From Elusimicrobiota bacterium (lineage in GTDB: Bacteria; Elusimicrobiota; Elusimicrobia; UBA1565; UBA9628): DNA of 64,000 nucleotides. Every line of letters starts with the position of its first letter. Within the stretch, counting starts at the first letter, position 1. Under the pieces are notes generated by a model, which worked only from the letters and a program-made list of their open reading frames with translations, was not told the DNA's origin and did not search any database. Shown piece by piece: positions 15,359 to 27,300 of this stretch. The position numbers were made by a program, and so were the translations under genes. The stretch spans positions 4,751 to 68,750 of the forward strand of contig JAGWUP010000008.1 of NCBI GenBank assembly GCA_028868375.1, read 5' to 3'.

Positions 15359-18300
15359 ATGAAGCGCCTGCTGCGCCAGGCCGTGGCCTGCCTGACCGTC
15401 GCCAGCCTGCTGATCACGGCTCCCGGCCTGGGCCTCTACAGCGCTCTAGCCGCCCAAATGGGGGAGGCGGCCGGCGATATCCCCGAGGGCCTGCCGCCGC
15501 GATTGCCGGGCTCGCCGATCGGCCCGGCGGGGGGCGTCGGCATTTCGGCGCAAGCCGCGGCGAATTGGCGGCGGCGTTTGGATGCGGCACGAGCCCTTGG
15601 AGGAGCCGGCGCCGTTTCCCAACCGGCCCCGCCCCAATCGGCCCAATCGGCACCTGCTCAAGCCTGGCGATCGCTACGAGCGTCGGTCGCCGCGGGCTTG
15701 GTCCCGCCGGGCCAGGGCGGGCGGCAGGCGGCTGCGTCTCCGGCGGCTGCGGCGCAGAGCGGCGCAAGCCCCGAGGCCGCGTCGGGATTGGCGGCCAGGC
15801 TGTTCGACCACTTGAAAAATCTGGGCGGCGGACTGCGCCGCTTGGTGTTCGATTCCGAGGAGGAAGAGCCGGCGGAGGAAGTGCCAGCGGCGGAAGTGCC
15901 AGCGGCGGAAGTGCCCGCTGCGGAGGGGCGGCGGTCGCCCGCTTTAGCGCCCGCCCTGGCGCCGGCATCCGAGCCGGATCCAGCGCAGCCGGAGCCGGCG
16001 CAGCCGCCGGCCGTTGCGAAGCCGGTCGGCGCCAGGCATTGGCTGGGAGCCGCGGGGATGACGGCCCTGTCCGGGGCGATCACCTGGAAATTCGGCGCGC
16101 CGAAGCTGGCGGGCTGGGCCGCCGCCTTGATCCACGCGCCGGCCGCCGCCCCGGCGATCGCGGTGGCGCTGACGGCGCTGCTGACTTACAGCACCGCCAA
16201 GCAGCAGTTCGGCGCGCTCTTGGAGCGCCGCCGGGCCCATCGGCTGGCCGAGATCCGCGAGCGGGAGGGCGAGCTGGCCGCGGTCGATTGGGAGCTGGAG
16301 CAGGCGCCCCGTCCCGCTCCCAACACGGCGCCGCACGAGATCGTCGGCTTGGCCTTGATCGTCGCGGCGGCGGCGGCGGGCCACGCGCTCTGGAGCGGCC
16401 CGGGAGCGGTCGGGGGCTTTCTGCTGGGGGCGTGGTTCTCGGATCGTTGGCTTAGCTTGCGACGGGATCGTTTCAAGGAGGACCGGCAGAAGCGCGACGA
16501 GCTCTTGCGCCGGCGCAAGGCCTTGGGCGGCTCCGAGGCGCAAGAGGCCTCGCCGGACGGCCCCGTCGCGGACGCGCTCGAGCCGCCCCTGGGCGGCTCG
16601 CCGCCCAGGGGCCCTCCCGCCGGGCTGTCGCCTCCGGGAACGGAGCCCTCAGCGGCTTCGCAAGGTCCTCGCGTCTTCGAGGACTTTTTCGGTTTTAGGT
16701 GGGTGCGCGGCCGGCTCCACGAGCCGGCCGCCGAGCCCTCTTCGGGACGGCTAGAAACGCTGACGGCCGGAGCGTTGATCCTGGGCTCGGCCTTCGCCGG
16801 CTTCGCCGCCTTCGGCCTGCTTGGGGCGGCGGGGGGATTGGTCGCGGGCTACGCCCTGGCCTTCCATCGGCAGGCCCGGCTGGCGCGCGGCAGCGCCCGC
16901 GAGGTCCTGCCGCTGTCGGCCACGACGGAGCAGGTCATTCGGGCGCTGGCTCGGGACGGGGGCTGGACGCGCCAGCGCTTGCTGGAATTGATGGCGCCCT
17001 TCGGCTTGGGCGAATCCAGCCCGCTCGACGCTTGGCTGGCGGTCCATGATTGGCTGCGCGTCCACGGCGACCGCGAGCAGTTCAAGCGCTTCGACCATGA
17101 GAAGTCCGACCATTCCTGGCGCGAGCTGGCCAATGTCCGCTACAGCGAGGGCCGGCGCGGCGCGCTCGAACGCCTGGCCGAGGTCCAGAAGCATTCCGCC
17201 GGGGCCTTCGTCCGCTTCCCGTACCATCTCTTCGACCTGTTCGTGCTGGGCTATTTCCGGCAGAACATGGCCTACGAGCTGTTCCATTCCGGGGAGGATT
17301 TCCTGGGCGCCCTCCAGCCGGGCCTGCGCGAGAAATACCTGCTCCATGCCGCAAGCCAGGCGGTGGCCGCGCGCGGCTTCAAGCGCTCGCTGCGCGCCCA
17401 GCCGATCTACCGCGCCTTGGACCGCTACCTGTGGACGCCGTGGCTGGGACCCCTGGGGCAGTTCTTGTCGCGCCGCCTGACCCTGGCCGTCGCCTCGGCG
17501 GTGGCGATGGGGGTGCTGGGCGGCTTGGCCCCGGTGCTGACCGTCTTCGGCCTGCCGCTGTTGTCTCTGTCCTTGACCACGATCCCGCTGCTGGGCCCCG
17601 CCCTCATCGCGATCGTCAACGCCCTCCCGGTGCTGGTGGGCTGGCTTCCGTTCTGCGGCCATGCCCTAGCCCCGGTGGCCGCGGCCGCCGCGCAGAAGCT
17701 CTTGGCCGACCTGGTCGTAGGCCCGATGCTCAACACCCTGATCCTGTCGAGCTTCCTGACCTTCCCGCACGCGGTGCGCCAGAGGCTGGCCGAGCTGGAC
17801 GCCGCCGACCCCGCCCGGCGCCGCGGCCTGCGCTCCCAGGAGCTCTGCGCGGCGGCGCTGGCCGTGGCCTCGTCCTCGGCGTACTGGCGCGCCAACTTGA
17901 AGTCGTTCCTGGCGATGATGACGGTCGGCGCCGAGATCGAGGGCATCATGACCTACGCGGACGTCGCCGATCAGGCGGCCAGCGCCGTCAGCGGCGCGCA
18001 CGTGACGCTGTTCCACGCCCTGGGCTCGGCGGTGGAGCGGCCCCGCGGAAAGAGCCTGATCCCCTTCGGCGGGGCGATCACCTGGGGCAACGTCCTGCTT
18101 TACAAGGCGCAGAATTGGCTGGGCTTCAACCTCTCCGACGCGGTGGCCCATGGCGTCTCCGTTTTCATCGGAGACCGGCTGCCGGGGGTGGTCCATGCCC
18201 AGACCCTGCTGGCCGTGGCCGAGGGGCGCTACCGCGGCGCCCGCGGCCCCAAGCCCGCGCCCTTCGACAAGACCCTCTATCGCAAGTCTCCGGGCCAGGT

Positions 18301-21300
18301 CTGGCGGCGCTTGAAGGACCTGGCCAGCCGCGGCGGCGACCTAGAGTCCCGGATCGCCCAGGCCAAGGCGCGGGCCGAGGCGGCGAGGCGGGAACTGGCG
18401 AGCGAGCGCAAGCGCTTCGCGGCGCTGGAGGCTTCCCTGCCGCCCTCGGTGACCCCCGCCCAGCGCGCCGAACTGGAGCGCTTGAACGCGCGCTACGCCT
18501 CCGCCCGGGACGAGGACTACGCCCGCGGCAAGCTGGCGGAGGACGGCGACCTGGCCGCCGCCCCGGACGCGGCGCGGCTGGCGCGCTTGCGGGCGCTCAA
18601 GCAGAGTTACGCGGACGATCTGGTGGCGCGCGACGGGCGGCGCCCGGCCGTCTCCGACGCGCTGGCCGCGCGCCGGGCCCAGCTGCTGGCGCTGGAGCGC
18701 AGCCTCTCCTCCGTCGTGGAGAAGGGGACGGTGGCGCTGCCGAATGGGACGGCGGCCCGCCTGCCGGACGCCACCGTGACGCAGATCGCCCAACTGGTCA
18801 AGACGATCGAGGACCTGCGCTCCCAGGCCAAAGGGGAAATGGCCAACCGCGACGCCGAAAGCCGGCTCTTGGGAGTGCTCGCGCAGGCGCGGCACAACGC
18901 CCTGCGCGAGCGCCGCAACGGGCGGGGGATGAGCGATTTTCACCGCAACCTGGCGCGCCTGGACACCGTGATGAGCCTGGCCCTCTCCCTCAACGAGATC
19001 GCGGCGGCCGAGCAGGCCATCCACCAGATGATGGCCCTGCTGGACGCCAAGATCGCCAAGATCAACGCCGCCGCGCAGCAGAACCAGCAGAACCTGGCCC
19101 AGGCCCAGCAGAATCAGCAGCAGACTCAAAAGTGGAAAGACGAGGCCAACCAGGTCATCAGCGCCGACCAGAGCACCCAGAAGACGATCGTCGACTACGA
19201 GAACCGCACGGCCCTGGCCGCGGAGCGCGTCGGCTCCTTCCAGCACGACCTCTCCGCGCTGATCGGCGTGATCAACGCCCGCGACGGCGGCCAGAGCCGC
19301 GACGCGCTGACGGAGTACGCGCGGCGCCTGGCCCTGCTGCCCCAGGTGGCGGACTGGCGGACCAACGGCAATCCCAACGATTCCTCCGCATTCTCCCTGA
19401 AGACCTTCCAGGACGACCTCTCCCAGGTCGACGGCTATATCCAAAAGGTCCAGGACGGGATCGGGCAGCTGCGCCAGACTCCCCTGGAGGCGGCCGGAGT
19501 GGCCATCATCCTGGTGCCTGGGCCCGACGTGACGATCCACAATCCGACCAAGGAGCAGACGCTGCAGATACTGGCCGACCGCAAGACCTATTGGCAGAGG
19601 CAGTCCCAGCAGTACCGAGACGACCTGGCGCGGATCAATCGGATGATGGATCCGGGCAACACGAACACGACGACCGACGAGTTCGGCGATTCCGCTCCGG
19701 AGTCGCTGCCGCGCTACCTCAGCCAAGAACAGGGCATCGAGCAGACGGCGCGGGCCAATGTCCAGCAGTACGCGGCCCAGATCGACGCGGCCGCCGACCA
19801 GATCAACTCCGTGGCCGGCTCCAACCTGCCCCATCTCTCCGGCCTGCCGCTCGACCAGCTTGAGAGCGTCATCACGAATTACGGCAACCTGGCGCGCGCG
19901 GTCAAGCTTCCGGACAGCGGCGGCAACGACGCGGCCTACCTGGCCTCGATGAACATGCTCTCCTTGGCCAAGCTCATCCCCTACGCGGCCGACAACGTGG
20001 TCCAGTGGGCCAAGGCCGACGCGACGATCACCTCGATCAACTCGGCGATGGCCACGACCCTGCCGCAGGCCAAGACGCGCCTGACGGCCATCGTCCAGGT
20101 GTTCGACGACGTCCTGGCCGACGACGACGCCGACGTGGCCTACGTCACCCATGGCGGCGACCCGCAGGCCCTGCTTAACCGCAAGATCGATCTGCTGCAG
20201 AACAAGGTGCTGCCCGCGCTGCAGGGAGCCGACGATCTGCTGCGCAACGTGCTGATTCCCTACCAGCGGCAGAGCATCGCCCAGGTCCAGGTCGACGCCT
20301 CGGCGCCGCTCTACCAGCTTCTGACCAGCCAGCAGACGCTGGCCCAGAGCGTCTCGCAGCTCTACAACTCCGACGTGGCCTGGGCCCTGGCCAGCTTCGG
20401 CGGCAGCAAGAGCGACCCCGCCGGCAGCCGCGCCAGCATCGCGGCCTGGAAGAAGACGATCGAGCAGAACTTGAACGGCTACGACGACGCCCAGGGCCAC
20501 CATGAGGGCGTCAACGAGTACATCGTCGAGGTCCAGCATCGCAAGGATCCCAACTACGCGGGGCCGGAGACGACGGACTATTTAAAGGACCCCAACTATC
20601 CGGACGGCGGCCCCTTCAGCCTGCCGCGCAAGATCGCCCTATACTCCGCCGAGCGCGCCCAGCGCGTCGCCCAGCTCAACGCCCAGGACGCCCAGATCAA
20701 CGACATCCTAAGCCATATCGAGACCGTCTCCAAGGGGCGCTACAACCTGCAATCCTTCCGCCTGCCCACCGACCTGACCGGCGACGCCGCCGGCGCCAGC
20801 CGGGCCCAGGCGCTGTTCGACTCCAACCTGATCCAGAACCTCGGCGGAGAGCTCCAGCAGATCGCGGCCGACAACCAGTCCTCCGGCGCCGGAATCTCGG
20901 TGGCGGACCAAGGCTCGGCCGGGCCTCCGACCGGCACGCAGCCGCCGATCACGGCCTCCGACGCCCAGACCCTTTCCCTGCTGGCCTTGGACGCGGCCAA
21001 GCGCATCGTCCCGTCTTCCTTGCAGCAGCCGCAGACCGCGCCGGCCTCCTACGCCTTGGCCCGCTTGCTCTACTCCAACGGCACCCTCTCGGCCGCCCAG
21101 GACGCCCTGACCAACCAGATCCCCGTGGCCGAGACGGTCCTGGCCCATGCCCAGGCGGTGCTGACGGCGGCGGACGACACCAGCAAGGACGAGGCCTACG
21201 TCGACTCCAATGGGACCAGCGAAAGCGCCGACTCCGTCTACGCGCGCAAGGTGGCGCTTTTTAGCAGCCTCAACGCCTTTTTGCAGGAGGGGGCCAACTT

Positions 21301-24300
21301 CTTCAACCTGAAGGGGCAGTGGGACATGGCCTCGCTCAACACCGTCGACCAGGTCTCCCAATATTACGGCGGACTGGGCACGATCTACGGCGGCGCCTCC
21401 AGCACCACCAGCGGGGAGCTGCAGGCGGCCACCCAGATGAAGGCGGCGCTGCAGACGACGCTGGACGGCCTGGAGCAGAGCAGGACCAAGGTCAAAGGCT
21501 GGATGTCCCAGCTCGACGATCCGCACGACAGCGCCCTGGCGCGCGTCAGCGAATCGGTGGCCACCCTCCAGGACCAGACCCGCAAGGTCCTGGAGGCCAA
21601 CGTCCAATGGCAAGGCGTCCGAGACCAATTGCGGCGCAGCGACGATATCGTCGCGGCCAAGTTGGGCGAGCTCGACGAGGCCCAGCAGCGGCTGGTCCGC
21701 CTGCTCGACCGCCCCGACGTCAGCGGCGGCGGCTTGCCGCCGGACTTGATCAACCGCATCGAGGCCCTCCGTCTGGCCGGCGGAAGCTGGGCCTGGGGCG
21801 GCTCCGACGGCAGTCCCGAGGCGATCGCCGTCAAGAAATCGGACTTCGGCGGCTTCGTCGAATCTCTCCTTGACGCCCTGGGCGCGCGCGGCTCCTCGGA
21901 GAACCTGCCGCTGTTGCGCCAGGACCTGCTCTCCAACCCCGGCGGGCTCTCGGCCCTGCTGCCGGACGCCAAGATGCTCGAGTTCGGCGGCGACGACGGC
22001 TTCTACTTGATCTATCAGTCCCGCTTCTCGGTGCCGAACGGCCTTGAGACCGGCACCGACGTCACCCTGGGCAACGCGGCGCGCCTGGGCGGCAACAACA
22101 TCTCGGTGGGGGGCTACCAGCTCGCCAGCCAGCCCAGCGACGCCAGCGCCCCCTACGGCGACAAGGGGGCGTGGGTGCAGGTGGAAAGCCTGCGGGGCAA
22201 GAACTGGGTCAACTACCTCAACGTCGACCTGCACCGCTTCATCTTCGACATCCCTCCGGACGCCAAGCCGATCTCGCAATTGCGCGAGAGCCGCCTCCTG
22301 GTCTTCGACGACTTCGCCATGCTGCTCTTCGGCGACCGCCTCTACGTCGGCCTGGCCGGCTTCGCCGACCGGGCCGTCGACCAGCCCGGCCAGCACCCGT
22401 CCTATTACGGCGGCAACCTCAAGACCTCGATCCGCCTCAACGGGGTCATGCGCCTCAACGCCGAGCAGAGGGAGCTTTTCGCCAACGATCCGCGCAAGTT
22501 CCTGGAGACGGTCAACCTGGACTTCACCGGCTTCGATCCGGACTTAAACCAGACCTTCGCCATCCAGGCCCACGGCGACAACAAGCATTACTCGCGCACC
22601 CAGGTCGGCCCCAGCTTCGACGTGGGCAAGCTCTTGGGCAGCAAGGACGCCTTCACACTCGACCTCTACTGGGCCAAGACGACGGGCAGCGACGACATCC
22701 ACCAGGAATCGCTGGGCGTCTCCATCCTGAAGGGCTTCACCCTGGCCGACGCCGACGGCAAGCCCTGGGCCGTCATCGACAACCAGGCCAACGCCGAGCT
22801 GGGCCAGCAATACCCGGCCTACCGGGACCGCCTGTCGGTGACCCTGCCGCGCCAGGGCATCGTCGTCAGCGGCCAGGGCCAGATCCTGGGCCCCACCAGC
22901 GCCTATTACGGTGAGATCTCGAAGAGCTTCGGCGACCACTCGACGGTGAGGGTGGGCTACGGCTCGCGCTACGTCGGGATCAAGGACCGCCTGTCGCTGG
23001 AGATGAACACCTCCTTCACCCTGCGGCAGCTCTATGAAGCGGTGCTCGCCCACGGCCGCTCGCAGCTCAAGGGAGGCCGGCAATTAAGCCGCTTCAACAC
23101 GGATATTAAGAACTTCTTCGACTCCGACCGGGACGGCGGCGGCTCGGGAACGCGCGTGGAGGCCTTGCGCCGCGTCTTCGATCAGGACGTGGGCCGCAAG
23201 CTGCTGACCCAGGACATCGGAACCTTGCGCCGGGACATCGACCAGTTGCGCGGCGCGGGCGCCTTCCTTGATAACACCCGCGTGCAGGGGATGATCGGCT
23301 TCATCTCCAATCCCGTCTCCAGCGACCAGGCCGACGTCACGGTCGGCGGAGGCCCGGTGGCCGCCACCCAGACGGAGCTGACGCTGACCCGCTCGCAGAA
23401 GGCGCTGATCCAAGCCAAGACCCAGGCCCTGTTCTTGGACGGCCTGCGCCTGCAGCAGCGGCTGCTGGAGCTGTCGCGGCGCTGGCAGGAGGACGTGGCC
23501 CAGATCGCGCGCGCGCAGTGGGACTTGAAGCTGGCTTCCTTCATGCGCCAGAACGCCGGCACCGAGGCCCTGCGCCGCCAGGCGGGAGTCCTGGCCGCGG
23601 ACGCCTCGGACCGGCTGCACCAGGCCCTGCTCGACTATAACGCCTTGTCCGGCCGCTCGCCGGACGCCCCGGTCCCGTTCAAGGATCTCAGTGCCTCCGA
23701 CCTGCGCGAGCTGACGGCCGCCATCCGCGGCACGCTGTCCGGCGGCGACCGCCTCAAGGCCATCCTCCACGAGCTCGATCCGGCTCAAATGAAGGAGCGG
23801 CTGGGTCCGGAGGCCTTCAACCTCCTCGACTGGCTGCCGTTTCTCGATCGCATGACGCTGAGCATCGGCGCCCAGCTTCAGGACTCCCTGGCCAACCAGG
23901 CGATGACCGTCGGGGTCAGCTTGCGCATACCGGTCTACGATCCCTCCTCCGGGCACGCGGACAAGGCCTACCGCCTGGAAAGCCGGGCGACGATCGCCCA
24001 GATGGCCGAGCTGCAGGCGGAGCGGCGGCTTGAGGCCGATCGCCAGGACGCGCAGGCCCGGCTGAGCGCCGGACAGGCCAAGGCCGCCCAGGCCGGCCTG
24101 CCTCGCGCCGCGCGCGCCTTGTCCTTGGCCATTCGAGCCTACCGCAACGGCTTGATCGGCGAGGCCGAGCTGCAGCAGGCCTTCGATACCTGGCGCTGGT
24201 ACGCGCGCGAGGCCTTGGACGGCGAGATCGAGTCCTCCCTGTCCGCCGCCTGGGCCGCCTCCGGCCGATACCTGGCCGGCTCGACGGACGACGGGAATGG

Positions 24301-27300
24301 GGACGGGAGCGGGAACGAGAACGGCAGCCTCGCCTTGGGCTCGCTGGACGAGGCGTTCTCGCAAGCCGAGTCGCGCTCGGGCAGCCTGGCCGAGGTGGCG
24401 CTGCGCGAGCAGGCCGCGGCCGAGATGGCGCGCGACAACGCCCATCGCATCCAGAAGGTCCTCCTCGATTTGAACATCGGCACCGGCTTGACGGCCAGCG
24501 GCGACGGCTGGCTGCCGGCCGTCGGCCTGACCGGCTACCCGGTGATGCCGATCGTCCGCTTCGAGTTCAAGCCGGAGGAATTGCGGGAGCTGCAGGCCGA
24601 GGAGGGGCGCGGCCAGACGGAGTACTACCGGCAGCTCAAGGCCGAGCTGGAGGGGGAGCTGGCCTTGGAGCTCTATCAGAGCGTCGTCGCCTATCAAAGC
24701 GCCTCCGCCGCCGTCTCGCGCTACGACGACTCCCTGCTGCCGGGGCTGCGGGAGCGGGCCGAGGTCGAGGGGCAAGGCAGCGGCGGGGCCGCCGTCAAGG
24801 CCCAGCGGCGCCTGGACGCGGCCTTGGAGAAGCGCGCGCAGGCGGCCTTGGCGCGGCGGCAGGCGCTGGCGACGCTGAACTTCCTCTTGGGGCGCCGGGG
24901 CGACGCTCCGTTGCAGGTGGGAATCGACGCGGACCAGGCCCTGGCCTGGCTGCGCGCCGCCCTCTCGCGGGAGAACCCGGTGGCGGCGCGGCAGCGGCTG
25001 CTTAAGGCGCGCGTTCAGACGGCCCAGGCCGTCGAGACGGTGGTCGACAAGGACCTCAGGGCCCAGCAGCTTGCCCTGGAGCCGGTCTCGCTGGTGGCGC
25101 GCTCGCTGGGGCGGCTGATCGATGTCTTGGGCGGCGGCAAGCCCGGACGTCCCCAACTGCTGGCGGAGGCCCGCGCGCAGACCTTGAGGGAGCAGCGCGC
25201 GCTCGACGCCTATCCAGGCCAGCGGCGAGCCGCGATCGCGCAGGCGAAAGCCCAGTTGAACTTGGTCCGCTCCCGCTTGGAAAGCCTCTCCAACGGCGGC
25301 GACGCCGCCCAGCGCGAGCTGTTGCTCGGCCGCGAGCGGATACTCTTGGGCGCCCTGTGCGCCTTGGGCGCCGACGGGCAGGACGCCGCCCCGCAGAGCT
25401 ACTCCGAGCTCCCGCATTCCTTCGACGAGTTGGGCGAGCGCCTGGCGCAAGCGCGACAGGACATGTCGGCGCGACAGCCGGGCTCGCCGGTCGAGCTGCT
25501 GGCGCCGGCAACGCAGCGGCAGCGGCCCGCCGGCTTCGCCCGCTATTACTACGCCCAGCAGACGCTGGGAAAGGTTGCCATCGACAAGAGCTACGTCGAG
25601 GGCTGGCTTGAGACGCGGCTGCGCGACTACGAGACCGATCCGAAGGTCCTGCTGCGCCTGGCGCAGTTGAGCGGCCGCAAGGCAGACGAGCTTCATCGCG
25701 TCGAGGTCGCGGGCTCGCGCGCCCAGGGCGAGATGCTGGCGGCCGATTTCGAGGCGGAGGCGCGGCTGCTGCGCTGGGCCGAGACCGCGCGCGGGCAGGA
25801 AGGGGCGGATTTGCGGGCCTCCCTGCTCAAGGAGCTGGAGGCACGGAGAGCCGAGATCGTCGCCCTGTTGAACCTTCCCCCGGACACCGGTCTCGACTCT
25901 CTGCTGGCCCTGGTGCCCGCCCAATCGCGGGGGGACGGCGATCCCTCCGCGCTTGCGAGCGGCTTCTCCGGGCAGATCCGCCGGCTGGGGCTGGGCGAGC
26001 TGGAGAGATCATTGTTCGCCGACGGGCAATTGGCGGGCTTGGGAACGGATGCGGACCTCCTCTCCCGCTTGCGCGCCGGCCTGCTGGCCGAGCGGATGAG
26101 CTACGACGGCCTGACCCCCGTCCTGGCCTTCGGCCTCTTCCGCGGCACGCCGACGGGCGGGGCCGTCCTCGAGGTCCCCGACCCGCGCCAGATCGAGCAT
26201 GGGTTGGACAACATGCTCTCCGAGGCGCTGCGCAAGGACTTGGAATCCTCCGGCCGGCTGCGGGAGCTGTCCCTGGGCCTGCGCGCGCTGATGGCCAAGG
26301 TCCAGGACGAGGAGGTGGAGGTCGAGCGCAGCGCCCGCCTGGTCCAGGCGGCGGAGGCGGACTATCGCGCCCAAATGGGCCTGGTGGGCGAGGGCGGCGA
26401 CCTCGCCGAGGCGGAGGCGGCGCGCTCCCGGCTGCTCAAGGCCTGGCTGGGATTCTCGCGGCGGCTCTCCGGGGCCAGGGCCGATTTCGTCGAGCTCGTC
26501 ACCGAGCTGGAGGCCCTCAATCCCGGCCGGCGGGCCGGCTTAAGGCCGCTGGTCCATCCCCTGCGCGCGCAGCCGCCGACCTTGAGGTCCGACCCCCGCC
26601 GGCGGCTCTTGTCCTATTGGACCGACCGGATGCTGGACGCGGATTTCCGCGCCGACCTGTCCCGCCGGCTGGACTTGATCGCCGCTCGCGCCTCCCCCGC
26701 CCAAGGGAAGGCCTTGTCGCAGTTGCGCCGGCGCCTGGAGGAGGACGCCGGGCTGTACTCGACCGCGGATCGGGACGCCGCGGCCGTGCTGGCCAAGGAC
26801 TTCTCGGACGCGGAGCGCCTCGACCTGCTCTCGCGCAACGATCGGGAAGGCAAGCGGGAGGCGCTGAGCTTCGATCTGGGCCGGCTCTTGGAGGCTTGCG
26901 GCGGGCTGTCGCAGCGCGACGATCCGTTGGTGGCCTTCCTGGTCCGGGACATCGACGCCCAGGCCCGGCGCGCCGCCGCAGCGCGCGACGACTTCGCCGC
27001 GCTAGACGGCGCGCTCAGGCAGGCCGCCTGGAGCGCGGACGACCCGGCGCGGGGGATCTTCCAGCGCTTGGAGGCCGCGCGCCAAACGATGGAGACGGCG
27101 CGGCAGGCCCTCTGGGCGGACGACGACGGTCTGGAAGAGAACGCGACGCGGGTGCTGCTCAAGGACAGCCGGCTGGACGACTTCTTGAAGGCGCAGCAGC
27201 GCTACGACGCCGAGGTCGTGGGGACCTTCCAATCCGAGGCCGTGCGCCGCGATCGCTCCCTGGCCTGGCGTCTCGACGCCTTCTTCGACCTCGACGCCGC

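Noticed and set aside
18341-20539. 732-aa ORF antisense to the 4939-aa gene; similar ones at 20708-22396 and 23084-25924
   Set aside because: Typical high-GC antisense artefact. R/G/A/P-rich low-complexity translation with no start context. Fully embedded in a gene that has clear domain structure.
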